The position numbers were made by a program, and so were the translations under genes. The notes under the pieces are model-generated. The model ran no database searches. It saw only the letters and a program-made list of their open reading frames with translations, and was not told where the DNA came from. A stretch of 64,000 bases of DNA. It comes from an uncultured virus (IMG/VR IMGVR_UViG_3300009688_000445). Lineage: Duplodnaviria; Heunggongvirae; Uroviricota; Caudoviricetes. Position 1 is the stretch's first letter. Each line of letters begins with the position of its first letter. Of this stretch, positions 11,199 to 21,753 are shown in pieces. The stretch lies in the IMG/VR virus record IMGVR_UViG_3300009688_000445; one strand, written 5' to 3'.

Positions 11199-12074
11199 TT
11201 AAACAAGTTTTTCAAGATTAGAAATTATTCTATCAAATTGATTAGCTATTCTTCTCTTCTCTTCTGAAGTTTTTGCCCTATCAATCATTCCATATACTAT
11301 ATTAGAAATTTCTTTTGCATAAGTAGCATTTTCATCTGCTACTTTTAATAATCTACCCGGTACAAGTTCTGATATAGCATCTATAACATAGGCTTTGACT
11401 GCAGCGGGTGAAGTTACTACTGATAACTCAAAAAAATCAACACCCTTAAGAAGTTCTGCTACTTTTTTTCCGTTTCTTCTTCTACCGCGGTGATATTTTA
11501 AACATTCACAAATTTCTGCTTCTTTAAGTATTTCTTTTCCACATGCAGTACATACAGAATGAGTTATGGAACAACCCATAGAAACAGGTACTCGAGTAGG
11601 GTACTTTATTAAATCTCTTGCTATTTTTGGTGCTTTAATGCTATCTATTCCAAATAAAGTTGTTACATGCATATCTTCATAAGGTTTATTTATTAATACA
11701 GCGTCGAATACCAATCCAATTGAATTTTCTATTTTATCTGATTCATGATTCTTATACATTGCTGCTGTTCTGAATGAATAATACCTTTTGATATTTTTAT
11801 CTGAATTTAGATCTTCAAGTTCTGTTATATCAAAGTAATCTGAATTTTTATTTACTGCATGTTCCCATAGCGCAGATTTATTTACTTTTCCATAATAATC
11901 ACCTGCATCTAATGCCCGTGTAGTAGCATATACATAATCTTCTACTGCTTTAGAAATAATCATATGATCTTTCTGGGATTCAATTATAGAAGCAATCTTT
12001 TCTTTATCTTTAGAACTAAATTGCTTAAATTCTTGCGGCTTTAATTCACCCATTTTGTACGTAGAAGTATTCAC
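11199..12074 (-). CDS. Prohead maturation protease
   Basis: Motifs NKNSDYF, YKNH, VSMGC, CxxCG..CxC and FFELSVVTSPA, typical of HK97/herpes-like phage prohead proteases with a Zn-finger insert. Confidence 0.8.
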   Translation of the reverse strand: MNTSTYKMGELKPQEFKQFSSKDKEKIASIIESQKDHMIISKAVEDYVYATTRALDAGDYYGKVNKSALWEHAVNKNSDYFDITELEDLNSDKNIKRYYSFRTAAMYKNHESDKIENSIGLVFDAVLINKPYEDMHVTTLFGIDSIKAPKIARDLIKYPTRVPVSMGCSITHSVCTACGKEILKEAEICECLKYHRGRRRNGKKVAELLKGVDFFELSVVTSPAAVKAYVIDAISELVPGRLLKVADENATYAKEISNIVYGMIDRAKTSEEKRRIANQFDRIISNLEKLV

Positions 12075-12128
12075 AGTAATCTCCAGATTATAGAATATTA
12101 AAAAAATATAAAATTATATAAAATTTTT

Positions 12129-12494
12129 TTAAGTTAAGTTAATACATTGTTGAGCTAATTCTAGAAACTCAGAAATAATATCAGATGTTGTATTATTAGT
12201 TTCCAAAACTATAGCTACACAATCATCTAATATAGAATTTACTTCTTCGACAGAAGAGCTATTTAATGCTAATTCTTTACTTATTTCTTTTACTTGAGTT
12301 TCTTGCTCAATAGAGAGACCATCTGGGAGGGCTTTATAGTAAAGTGTTTCTGCATGTTCAAAATCTAAATCGAACTTAGATTGTATAAAATCAAGAATAT
12401 TATATTTATCATTATTGGAAGAAGGATCTTGTAATCTAATCCATACAATAATTTCTTTTTCTTTATCTGATGATATAAATGCAATTCTTTTCAT
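12129..12494 (-). CDS. Hypothetical protein
   Basis: 121-aa ORF in the operon. Confidence 0.65.
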   Translation of the reverse strand: MKRIAFISSDKEKEIIVWIRLQDPSSNNDKYNILDFIQSKFDLDFEHAETLYYKALPDGLSIEQETQVKEISKELALNSSSVEEVNSILDDCVAIVLETNNTTSDIISEFLELAQQCINLT

Positions 12495-12502
12495 GATAGC
12501 AA

Positions 12503-12979
12503 TTAAATAAAATTCATCACATTCAAAATGGCCAAAAGTTCCACTTCGCCTTTTTCTATCAAGATGCTTGTCATTTCTTTAGTAATTTCAATATCGTATG
12601 TTGCTAATAGGTTTAAGAGTTCTTGTAGATATGCTACCAGTAGAAATCTTTCATAATATTCTGTTCCATTTAAAACATCTGCACATAATGTATAGTTCAT
12701 AGTAGCAATGTATTCATTATGTTTTTCACATAACCACTCAGCTTTTTCAATATCAGTCATTTTAGAAACAAGTTTCACTTGTTCTTTAAGTTTTAATTCC
12801 TCTTTAGCTAATATTTCTATTAAATCTAATTCAGTATTATCTTCTTTTGTGGAAGATTCTTTATTAGATTTTTTATTTTTCTTCTCTTCCCTAATAAACT
12901 TTTTTAATTCTTTTTGAACTTGAAGTTGTAATTCTTCTTTGGAACTTAATTTGAAATCTTCATTTTTCTTCTTAGCCAT
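12503..12979 (-). CDS. Hypothetical protein
   Basis: 158-aa ORF with a GGAGG RBS. Confidence 0.7.
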   Translation of the reverse strand: MAKKKNEDFKLSSKEELQLQVQKELKKFIREEKKNKKSNKESSTKEDNTELDLIEILAKEELKLKEQVKLVSKMTDIEKAEWLCEKHNEYIATMNYTLCADVLNGTEYYERFLLVAYLQELLNLLATYDIEITKEMTSILIEKGEVELLAILNVMNFI

Positions 12980-12994
12980 AATGCCTCCAATAGA

Positions 12995-13408
12995 CTACTT
13001 ATGGGTATGCATATCCCTTAAATGTTTTTTAGCTTCTTCTTCTGTTTTATGAGAAGATATAATATGTCCATCATTGTGATCTTTGATGCACCACTCAGCT
13101 TTTTCTCCTTGACTATTCTTATGTCCAGGGCAATGAGATACAAAACTATATTTATAAATTTGAGATGTAAGATAAGCTATCTTTCTTTTTAGAAGATTTT
13201 CGTATACAGAAGCGTAATTATATTGAGTATCTTCTTTTTCCTTTATGAATTGATCTGTATTTTTTTGCATTTCTAAACCTTCCTCTAAATTAGTAAGAGA
13301 GATAGGCGATTGGTTAGAAGAAATAGGATTATTTTGCGGTTCTTCTGTTTGACTTATTTCTGCTAATTTCTTGTATATCTTATTTACTAGATTAATATGA
13401 TTATACAT
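12995..13408 (-). CDS. Hypothetical head-module protein
   Basis: 137 aa; C-terminal WCIKDHNDGHIISSHKTEEEAKKHL resembles a small domain common in phage head-region proteins. Confidence 0.65.
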   Translation of the reverse strand: MYNHINLVNKIYKKLAEISQTEEPQNNPISSNQSPISLTNLEEGLEMQKNTDQFIKEKEDTQYNYASVYENLLKRKIAYLTSQIYKYSFVSHCPGHKNSQGEKAEWCIKDHNDGHIISSHKTEEEAKKHLRDMHTHK

Positions 13409-13769
13409 AATTTAAACAATATATGCTTATACTACCACTAGCGCTGCCGCTTACACCTTTTATAAGTAAATAAGAAGGTTGTGGTTCTAGAAATTCTTTT
13501 CCAATAAGATCTCTTTGTATAAAAAAATCATCATTTAAGATTCTAACACCTGCAAAATTAGTTTGGCTTGTTTGAAATTCTTTTAATTCTTGTCTAGTTA
13601 TAAAATTGAATTCTACTGTTATACCAGAAGTATTTTTAAAATAAATAACAGTTGGTTTTGTACCTTGACTCCAACGACCAGTAGACGTTATTTCCATTTC
13701 GCAGTTGTATACCTGATAAGTATGAGTACTTAATCCTGTACTAGTAACAGTTATAATTTTATTCTTCAC
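13401..13769 (-). CDS. Hypothetical protein
   Basis: 122 aa, GTG start, coupled to the portal gene. Confidence 0.65.
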   Translation of the reverse strand: MKNKIITVTSTGLSTHTYQVYNCEMEITSTGRWSQGTKPTVIYFKNTSGITVEFNFITRQELKEFQTSQTNFAGVRILNDDFFIQRDLIGKEFLEPQPSYLLIKGVSGSASGSISIYCLNYV

Positions 13770-13771
13770 AA

Positions 13772-16700
13772 TTAATCTCCTAATCTATCGAATGATTCTT
13801 GAAGTTCTTTATCTAAAAGATGTGGGTAATCTATCCACTTGGTAAAATTTTCTCTAAATCTTTGTAATTGATCAGATCCTTCTTTATTTAAACATTTACC
13901 TTGATTATCCCAAACTTTCCCTTTAATAAGTTTGTCGTCTATACTTCCTTGTTTAATTCTTTGTTCATTTAATTCATATCCTACTATCTCTTGATTTGAA
14001 TAAATAGGATATAATATTTGGTATAATTTATATGTATCTAATTCTTCAGAAGAAAGATTATAATCAGGTTCTTTAAAAGCTTTTCTGATCTTCTTCTCCA
14101 GATCTTCGTTTATAAACTCAAAATTCCTTAAAAAGATATTACTTATAGAATCGTTTTCTTGCGCAATCCATTTAGATGCATATAATATATTATTATGTAA
14201 AAAGAAAGGAACATATCCTCTATATTTTATTTTTTCTTGCTGCATTCTAGCAGTTATTAGCATTTCTTGCAATTGAGCAGATTTAGATTCTTTGTCTTCT
14301 TCAGTAGAAGAAAACTGCTTTGCAAGTTTTTCTCTTTCTATTTTTTCCCATTCAGGAATATCAATAATATCTGCAACAAATTCTACTTTATCAAATCTAG
14401 CTTTTTTATGTAACTTGGATATTTTAGATATTAATCGTCTAGTAGGATCTATTAAATCTACTGGACAAGAACCAACTCTAATATCTCCAACATAAAAATC
14501 TTTATAACGTCTTATTTGAGAATCTAATTTATTGCCGAATTCTTCATCACATCCTTCAGTAGCTGGTGATAATAAACATACTTCTAAAGTAGGTGATAAT
14601 AAAAATGCAAGATTTCTTCCTTTGCTTAATAATTCATCAGTTGGAAAGATTTGTCCTTCTTTTGTTAATATATTTTCTACTTTTACATTATAAATACCTT
14701 GTTCATTAAATCCTTTTAATTGCCCAAAACAAAAAGCAGTTACACCTAATCCTTTTATCTTAGAACAAAAATTAGATTGTTTAATATCAGCTTGTTTACT
14801 AAAAAAGAATTCTTTTGCCCAACCTTCTAGTTCATTAGAGATTAATAAATCTGTAAATCCTTGATATTCTTTATTTTGTGTATACGGAACAAAACCTGTT
14901 TTTCCATATGCAAATAGTTTTCCTTGTATATATAGCTTTTTAAAATTATCAATAAGATCTTCAACAGGTTTATTTTTAGATAGATTTTCTCCTATCTTAT
15001 AAAAAAGTAAGGAAACAGGACCAGGAATTTCTTGTGCTTTTAAATTTTTATTCCAAGTTTCTTCTTCTACTGCATCCATATACTTAGAAGTAGATAACTC
15101 TATATTTGCTTCTTTCTGTCTAACTTGATCTGGATGTAATAATACTTCTTCTTGTATTACTTCTGCAGTTTTAGATTCGCTTATAAATTCATTATCTTGT
15201 GCAATATGCTCGATATCTAAATTAACTTGTTCTCTAGGTTTAGAGAGACCAAATTTATTTCTTAATCCTTTAAAAGCTGAACCTAATGCTGACATCGGAG
15301 CACTTATACTACCAGCTGCAGGAGGTTGTGCATATATACCAATTCTTTCTTCTAATTCTTTTTGTTGTTTCTTCTTAATTAATTCTTCTTCTAGATCGAA
15401 ACCCATTGATTGTAGTAGTGTTAATGCAGAAAGAGGACCTTTACCCTGTGCATAAACATTATTCATAAAAGTTAAAAATGCTTGATCATCTCTAAGCATT
15501 AGTTTTTTATGCCAAGCTAATTTTGGTATAATTAAGCGCTCTTCTAATTCTTTTCCTTTTCTAGCTATTCTATATTGTCCGACAATTTCTCTTTTATCTC
15601 TTCTATACCAACCATTTCTTTTTGCCATTCCGCGTAGAAACTTATTCTGAATCCAACGAACTTCAAATAAATCTCTTTTAGCTTTATATCTAGCTAATTG
15701 TGTTTGTAATCCAACATTGGCAGAAGCATATGTAGCTTCTCCTGTCATAAATTGTTGACTTACACCTAATGCTATCATTTTCTTTTTAGCAATTTCATCC
15801 CACTCTCTGTCTAATTTCATTACTTTATCTGCTACTGTAAGAAATTCTACATTTAGGGCATAATGATAGATTAGAGCAAAGTTAGGATCAAAGGTAGCTT
15901 GTTGTAACATTTGAGCTAATGCCATCTGATGATCTGCACTTGGTATCCAACCTTTTTGTGGATCTCCTAATTTAAATAGCTTTAAAGGATAAATAAAATT
16001 ATCAGCAATAGTAATCTGAGATTCTCGTAACTTATCCTCATACATGAGAAGCCTGAAAATGCGATCTAAGATTGAAGTTCCACGTAAATCATACGGATTA
16101 CTTCTTCTTGCTATATGCGTTATTTCGTCTGGATCTAATATTAAATTTTTACCAGATAATACTCGTTTAATGATTTCATGAGGTAATCTTTTCTTGAGTT
16201 CTTGGTCTTGGGGTTTAGTAGAATTTACTAGATGTTTTAATTCATCGTCAGGGATTAATTCTACTGAATATTCTTGATCTGCGAATGGGCTAGCAGATAA
16301 TTCAACGAAATCAGGATTATGAATAATGATGTGTTTCCACATTCCTTTTTCATCATCCCAAGGTGTGTTAATAAATACTTCGCCTATCTTGAGATATTCA
16401 AGATCAATAGCAGGAAGCATAGAAAAGAATTGTGTTTGATCGAAGCAATCTTGTACATGTTGCTTAATAATTTTATCATCACAAACTACTTCTGCTTTAG
16501 AATACGGAAGCTCTGCATGCATGTCGAGAACAGCACCAACAACCTCATCATGATCATAAAACCATCTACGCCATCTATTTTTTTGTTTAATAGATCTAGG
16601 TAGATAAATAGCAGTAGTAGTAATTTCTGGATCATAGAAACGTCTTGAGGAGTTTCTAAGAATATTTAATCCGCCATTTGCTAATCCAGAGGATAGGCCT

Positions 16701-16849
16701 AATGTTGCTAAACTACCAAAATTAGTAGAATTATACGTAGCGGCAGTTTTCTCTCTAGCACCGGATTCAGAAGAATCGCCTAACCAAGCTCTAGAGTTAA
16801 TAGAGCTAGGATACATGCTTTCAAAATTCTTTTCGTAAGTTGAACTCAT
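13772..16849 (-). CDS. Portal protein with long C-terminal extension
   Basis: The N-terminal ~520 aa carry portal-like motifs (WFYDHDEVVGAVLDMH, GEVF, HIARRSNPYDLRGTSILDR, PLKLFKLG); upstream of protease and capsid genes. Confidence 0.75.
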   Translation of the reverse strand: MSSTYEKNFESMYPSSINSRAWLGDSSESGAREKTAATYNSTNFGSLATLGLSSGLANGGLNILRNSSRRFYDPEITTTAIYLPRSIKQKNRWRRWFYDHDEVVGAVLDMHAELPYSKAEVVCDDKIIKQHVQDCFDQTQFFSMLPAIDLEYLKIGEVFINTPWDDEKGMWKHIIIHNPDFVELSASPFADQEYSVELIPDDELKHLVNSTKPQDQELKKRLPHEIIKRVLSGKNLILDPDEITHIARRSNPYDLRGTSILDRIFRLLMYEDKLRESQITIADNFIYPLKLFKLGDPQKGWIPSADHQMALAQMLQQATFDPNFALIYHYALNVEFLTVADKVMKLDREWDEIAKKKMIALGVSQQFMTGEATYASANVGLQTQLARYKAKRDLFEVRWIQNKFLRGMAKRNGWYRRDKREIVGQYRIARKGKELEERLIIPKLAWHKKLMLRDDQAFLTFMNNVYAQGKGPLSALTLLQSMGFDLEEELIKKKQQKELEERIGIYAQPPAAGSISAPMSALGSAFKGLRNKFGLSKPREQVNLDIEHIAQDNEFISESKTAEVIQEEVLLHPDQVRQKEANIELSTSKYMDAVEEETWNKNLKAQEIPGPVSLLFYKIGENLSKNKPVEDLIDNFKKLYIQGKLFAYGKTGFVPYTQNKEYQGFTDLLISNELEGWAKEFFFSKQADIKQSNFCSKIKGLGVTAFCFGQLKGFNEQGIYNVKVENILTKEGQIFPTDELLSKGRNLAFLLSPTLEVCLLSPATEGCDEEFGNKLDSQIRRYKDFYVGDIRVGSCPVDLIDPTRRLISKISKLHKKARFDKVEFVADIIDIPEWEKIEREKLAKQFSSTEEDKESKSAQLQEMLITARMQQEKIKYRGYVPFFLHNNILYASKWIAQENDSISNIFLRNFEFINEDLEKKIRKAFKEPDYNLSSEELDTYKLYQILYPIYSNQEIVGYELNEQRIKQGSIDDKLIKGKVWDNQGKCLNKEGSDQLQRFRENFTKWIDYPHLLDKELQESFDRLGD

Positions 16850-16903
16850 TATTTACCTTCAAAAAATATTCATTTCATTTAATTAAAACAATAATTAGAT
16901 AAC

Positions 16904-17611
16904 TTAGATAGTAGTACCATGTAGATTTATAATATCTTTTCCTTTTTCTACTATCTGACGTACTAATTCTAGTTCGTCACCTTCGGTATAATCCATTGAA
17001 TCATGCATATCTATTAAAGTTTTTGCATCATTATAAATAGCTTGTAGTTTACTAATTTCTTCTTCTTCGCTATATCCTTCTTCTTCTAATTCTTCATACA
17101 TTTCTGCTACTTTTTTAAGACCTTCTTTAACAGAACTCATTTTTCCAGAAGCAATTTGTTCAGGAGTTAAATTACCATAAGGATTTGTAGCTTTAGTTTC
17201 ACCAGTATAAGGATCTACATAAGTTCCTTCTTGTGCTTGAAATTCACCGGCTTGAAAAGGTGTTCCTGTTACCAAAGTCTCTTCTCCTTCTAATTGACTT
17301 TTAGCAGAAGAAAGTTCATTTTCTAGCATGGTTTTATAATCACCAGTTGTTCCTGGAATAGCTTCTTCTAGTTCTTGAATTCTAGCTTTTAATTGACCAG
17401 TTGGAAGACTACCTGTATCAATACCTTCAGAAGTTCCAATTCCTTCTGCTACTTTAAAAGATATAAATCCATTATCTTTTGTAACAGCTAATGAAGCTTG
17501 TTTAATATTACTAATATTATTTTCTTCAGCAATTTTAGTTATTACATTTTCTAGTTCTTTATAAAGATCTGATTCTTTTGCAAGAACTATTGTGTTTGAA
17601 TTGATTTTCAT
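16904..17611 (-). CDS. Hypothetical acidic protein (possible internal head protein)
   Basis: 235 aa, AGGAG RBS, repeated KxA motifs. Confidence 0.7.
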   Translation of the reverse strand: MKINSNTIVLAKESDLYKELENVITKIAEENNISNIKQASLAVTKDNGFISFKVAEGIGTSEGIDTGSLPTGQLKARIQELEEAIPGTTGDYKTMLENELSSAKSQLEGEETLVTGTPFQAGEFQAQEGTYVDPYTGETKATNPYGNLTPEQIASGKMSSVKEGLKKVAEMYEELEEEGYSEEEEISKLQAIYNDAKTLIDMHDSMDYTEGDELELVRQIVEKGKDIINLHGTTI

Positions 17612-17647
17612 GATAAAATTTCTCCTTTTGATATTACATAATAATAT

Positions 17648-17839
17648 TTAAATTTTTTTAAGAAGTTTTCCTAAAATAAAACTTAATGTACATGCTGAAA
17701 AAGTTATTAAACCTGCTTGTAAATCATATTGAACTGTTATACCAATACAAGCACTTAAACAAATAAGAATAAGAATTATCTTCAATGAATTATAAAGAAA
17801 TTTAACAAATTTATGAAATTTACTTGCTGTTTCTTGCAT
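17648..17839 (-). CDS. Small membrane protein with two transmembrane segments
   Basis: Two hydrophobic stretches and basic termini. Confidence 0.5.
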   Translation of the reverse strand: MQETASKFHKFVKFLYNSLKIILILICLSACIGITVQYDLQAGLITFSACTLSFILGKLLKKI

Positions 17840-18968
17840 ATTTTAATAACTCATCTATATTTTTAAACGTTGCTAAAGAAATATCTTTTTTCATTTTCTC
17901 TTCCATCGGAATAAGATAATCTTCATAATAATTAGGTTCTTCTGTATATTTCTCTGCTTCTGTTTCATGATCCAAAGCTATATCTTTTTGTGCGTCAAGA
18001 AGTTCAGTTTCTGAAGGATCTCGATTATCTAATTCATTAAAAATATCTGTTATAGTATTATCGTGCTCACTTTCTATTTCAATACCCTTAAGCAATTCAT
18101 CTTTAGGTACATCTTCTTCTTTTATTTGATCTTCAATAGAGGATTTTCTAAATGTTTGTTTCTTTTCTGGTATCTTAACTACTTCTTTGGGTAGGTTTTT
18201 TTGTTCTTCATACCATTTAAGTTTACCACCTTCTGTTCTAGGTTCCGGATCTTTAATAGGTGATATCTCTGTGATTCCTTCTGGTTTCCATTGCTCTCTA
18301 CCTTCCCATCCACCGGCAGGAGTATTACCTTTACCCCAACCCTTCCAATCTGTATATGCACCAGACCACTGTGGAGTTATTTTTTGCTTAGGTTTTTGTG
18401 GTAAACCTTTTTCTATGTTTTCTTGCTTGTAAAATTCTCTATATTGATCTAATTCATCATACCAGTTTTGTAATATTTCACGTTCTTCAGGTGAAACTAA
18501 AAGCATTCTTTTAGCAATTAAAGCTTGTTGTTTTGCTAATTCTTTAGTAGGATCCTCATAAAAACTGAATTCTTGTGGATCGATATAATCTACACCTGCT
18601 ACAGTTTCTGCGTATTTAGTTGTAAGATTAACTTCTGCTACAATATCTTTTTCATTTTCATCTATAAGTAAATCAAATAAAGATTCTTCTTCTTCAGGAT
18701 CAGCTTCTTCTGGATTATGCCCAATAATATCTAATATTCTTTCTACAACATTAAACATAGAATTAAGTTTTTTAGATACTCCGCCTTTACCAGAAAAATC
18801 TAGCATATCAAGATATAATTTACGAAATGATTCAGATTCTTTTTTAAATTCTTCTAAAGAAATATTACCGTTTTCTTCTATAGCTTGAGCAATTTCTTCC
18901 CAAGTTCTGGGGTAAGGCATTTTTTCAATAATATCTAACCAGGATTGTGCTTGAGCAAATTTTTCCAT
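17820..18968 (-). CDS. Hypothetical acidic protein (possible internal head protein)
   Basis: 382 aa, GGAG RBS. Confidence 0.75.
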   Translation of the reverse strand: MEKFAQAQSWLDIIEKMPYPRTWEEIAQAIEENGNISLEEFKKESESFRKLYLDMLDFSGKGGVSKKLNSMFNVVERILDIIGHNPEEADPEEEESLFDLLIDENEKDIVAEVNLTTKYAETVAGVDYIDPQEFSFYEDPTKELAKQQALIAKRMLLVSPEEREILQNWYDELDQYREFYKQENIEKGLPQKPKQKITPQWSGAYTDWKGWGKGNTPAGGWEGREQWKPEGITEISPIKDPEPRTEGGKLKWYEEQKNLPKEVVKIPEKKQTFRKSSIEDQIKEEDVPKDELLKGIEIESEHDNTITDIFNELDNRDPSETELLDAQKDIALDHETEAEKYTEEPNYYEDYLIPMEEKMKKDISLATFKNIDELLKYARNSK

Positions 18969-18985
18969 TCTTAGTACTCCGAAAC

Positions 18986-21313
18986 TTATTCTTTTGTATC
19001 TAAACCAGGTTGTTGTGTTTCTTCATTAGAAGTTTCTGTTGGGCCTAAATCGTTTTTTTCAGCCAGATTCCCAAACTCACCTGCGTGTTTAAGAAGATCA
19101 TCTATACTTGTAAAAGAAGATATTCTAGTACCATCTATCATTGATACATCATTAGGATTCTGCTGTTCTTGAAGGGTAGATGTTACCGGTGGTTGATCTT
19201 GTTCGCTAACTTCATATGGTTGAAAAGGATGTGAAGTATTATCGTCCGCTTGCTTATTAACATTAGATCCTTTTTCTTCTTTAGAATGAAGTTTTCCTTC
19301 TTGATCATATACAGGATTAGATTTTGGTTTATTTTCTTCTTCACCATATTTTAAAAACTCATCTAGATTTTTAAATCTAGCATACATTCCTTTTGTTTGT
19401 ACTTCGCTTACAATATTTAAATTCATACCATAAGGAATAAAATATTGTTGCAATTCGTCTAAAGTAGTAAATCCTTGTTGCATGTTGATTAGACTATTTA
19501 AAAGAACTTGAACTTCGTCATTAGATTGTGAAGGAATGGAATTATATACTCTAAATCTACCAAGACCGACAGGTGCTGTTTTTAATAATCCCATCCAAAT
19601 AACTGAAGGTTGTCCATTTGCATCCGGTCTTGTTATTTCTGCATTTAAGGATTGATCTCTATTGGGGTCTATTTCGATAGCATATTTATTTTTTAAAGAA
19701 CTTTCACTTGTTCTTAAAAATTCTTTCGCTAGTTGAAATAATTCTTCTGTTAATTCAGAATATTCGCTTTCTTCAGGAATATCTTTAGAAGCATCTAATA
19801 CTTCTATTATTGCAAATTCTTCTGGTTCTTCGCCACACATATCACAACAAGCAGCTTTTTGAAGAGCTTTAAGAAATTTAGCTTCTTTATCGCATAACTC
19901 GATGTCTAAAGCTTCTTTGCTAGTTTCGGGTAAGGTTTTTTCTTCTAGATCTTTTTCTTTAATATATTCTTCTGGAAGTTCTAGTTGATTAAAACTTTGA
20001 TTATATAATCTATATTCTTCTTGGTTAATATTTGCAGATTTATCTAATTCTTTTGCTTGTCGTATATAAGCATTCATTATATTCACCTTTTGTCTTTTTA
20101 TCCAGGTATCTACAGATTTTGCATAAATATCTTCATTTTCTTGTACTTCACCTGGATATTCTACTTTTGCAACACTATAAGGTATAATTTCTTTAAATTT
20201 ACCAGTAGGTTTATTTTGTTCATCAAGTATTTCTACAATCATCCAAGGTACTTGAAATTTTTCTAATTCATTATTATACATTTCTTTGGAAAGAGCATAG
20301 AAATCAAATTTGTTGGGACCTAATGCTTTTTCTATTTGATAAATCATTTTACTATTAATTACTTTATTAGCTTCAACTTGAAAAGTATCAGGATCTAATT
20401 TCTTTTTAAGTTCTAATAATTGAGGTTTATTTTTTTCAATAATATCTTTTCGTAGTTGTTGCACATCTACTTTGTAAAAATCTTGAAGAAGTTCATTATC
20501 TATTTGTTTTTTTAGATCTTTCTTGTAAGCTTCAAAATCTTGTCTTTCTTTTTCTTCAAAAATTACTTCTGGATTAAAATCAGAAACAAAGTATCTTACT
20601 ATCGCTCTCTTAATAGCAGAAGATGGGGCATTTTGAATTAAAGCTGAACTTACTTCTTCGTATGCTTCTTGTGGAACTAAACCGTGCGATATTAAAAACT
20701 CTAGTACAGAAATTAGATTAGGTAACGATCCTGTATTAGTATTAATCATTTCTGCTTTAATATCTGTATCTTCAGTAATACCATAATTGATAGATAAATA
20801 ATCTGCTATATTTTTATTATATGTACAATTATGTTTAAGAACTTGTATTAAAGATTGTCCTGAAGTTACAAGATCAGATTTAACTTTATCATATGCTTCT
20901 GGTGCTATTAGATTTTCTGATACTAACTCTCCCACTATTAGCATAATATCGTCTAAAATAGATATTTTAGTATTTATATCACCTTCTGCTTCTGTTTGTC
21001 TAGTAATACCAAAATATTTTTCAACAAAAGCTTCTACTTCTGGTGTAAGATAGCCTTTACTTTTTAATATTTGAAGAAGAGGTCTTGAAAATCTTTGAGT
21101 ATAAGAAAAATCACCAATTAAATCTACAATATCACCTGCAACAATATCTTCTCCGTTTACATCTTGTACGGAAGTAATAGAATCATCTTCTTCAAAATAT
21201 TTGTATTTACTTTCATCTTCGGGTGCTTGATCGTCTTTAACATAACCAGTATCTTCACCTGTTGGAAAGTAATTAAATTCGTAATCTAATGTTAATGCTA
21301 TCTTAGTTTTCAT
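18986..21313 (-). CDS. Hypothetical multidomain protein (possible internal head protein)
   Basis: 775-aa acidic ORF. Confidence 0.75.
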   Translation of the reverse strand: MKTKIALTLDYEFNYFPTGEDTGYVKDDQAPEDESKYKYFEEDDSITSVQDVNGEDIVAGDIVDLIGDFSYTQRFSRPLLQILKSKGYLTPEVEAFVEKYFGITRQTEAEGDINTKISILDDIMLIVGELVSENLIAPEAYDKVKSDLVTSGQSLIQVLKHNCTYNKNIADYLSINYGITEDTDIKAEMINTNTGSLPNLISVLEFLISHGLVPQEAYEEVSSALIQNAPSSAIKRAIVRYFVSDFNPEVIFEEKERQDFEAYKKDLKKQIDNELLQDFYKVDVQQLRKDIIEKNKPQLLELKKKLDPDTFQVEANKVINSKMIYQIEKALGPNKFDFYALSKEMYNNELEKFQVPWMIVEILDEQNKPTGKFKEIIPYSVAKVEYPGEVQENEDIYAKSVDTWIKRQKVNIMNAYIRQAKELDKSANINQEEYRLYNQSFNQLELPEEYIKEKDLEEKTLPETSKEALDIELCDKEAKFLKALQKAACCDMCGEEPEEFAIIEVLDASKDIPEESEYSELTEELFQLAKEFLRTSESSLKNKYAIEIDPNRDQSLNAEITRPDANGQPSVIWMGLLKTAPVGLGRFRVYNSIPSQSNDEVQVLLNSLINMQQGFTTLDELQQYFIPYGMNLNIVSEVQTKGMYARFKNLDEFLKYGEEENKPKSNPVYDQEGKLHSKEEKGSNVNKQADDNTSHPFQPYEVSEQDQPPVTSTLQEQQNPNDVSMIDGTRISSFTSIDDLLKHAGEFGNLAEKNDLGPTETSNEETQQPGLDTKE

Positions 21314-21316
21314 GCT

Positions 21317-21652
21317 TTAGCCTCTAGACTTTACTTGCTTTTTGATAACTATGGAATTTGAGTGTTGATTATACATTTCATCAGAAACTGCTTTACTGGT
21401 TTTTAATACCACATCAACAGTATGATCATGATTAAGCATGCATTTTTCCGCAATATGAATTTGCATTTGCGGATATTTATCTTGATAAACTTTTGCAGCA
21501 GCATCTTGAAAGGGTGTGTCTAAAAGAAGACCTTTTTTTCCAATACCTTTAAATGATGTTCGTATATATCTATCTAGATTTAGATCTATTAGATCTTGAA
21601 AAGAGAACTTTACTAAACCTCTTTTAGAATTTATTTGAATAATTTCTGGCAT
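21317..21652 (-). CDS. Hypothetical protein
   Basis: 111 aa, GAGGTG RBS. Confidence 0.7.
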   Translation of the reverse strand: MPEIIQINSKRGLVKFSFQDLIDLNLDRYIRTSFKGIGKKGLLLDTPFQDAAAKVYQDKYPQMQIHIAEKCMLNHDHTVDVVLKTSKAVSDEMYNQHSNSIVIKKQVKSRG

Positions 21653-21753
21653 GATAATGCACCTCAGTTATAAGTATTTACTGAATATAATTTCTAAAGA
21701 AAAATTAAAAATATGAAGGTAGTTTTTAAGGTAATATCTAAAACAACAAAAAG

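Noticed and set aside
3293..20266. Short plus-strand ORFs within the left arm (e.g. 4699, 5842, 6476, 8365, 8501, 9412, 12708, 14292, 16319, 18187, 20057)
   Set aside because: Antisense shadows of real genes, with no motifs or RBS.
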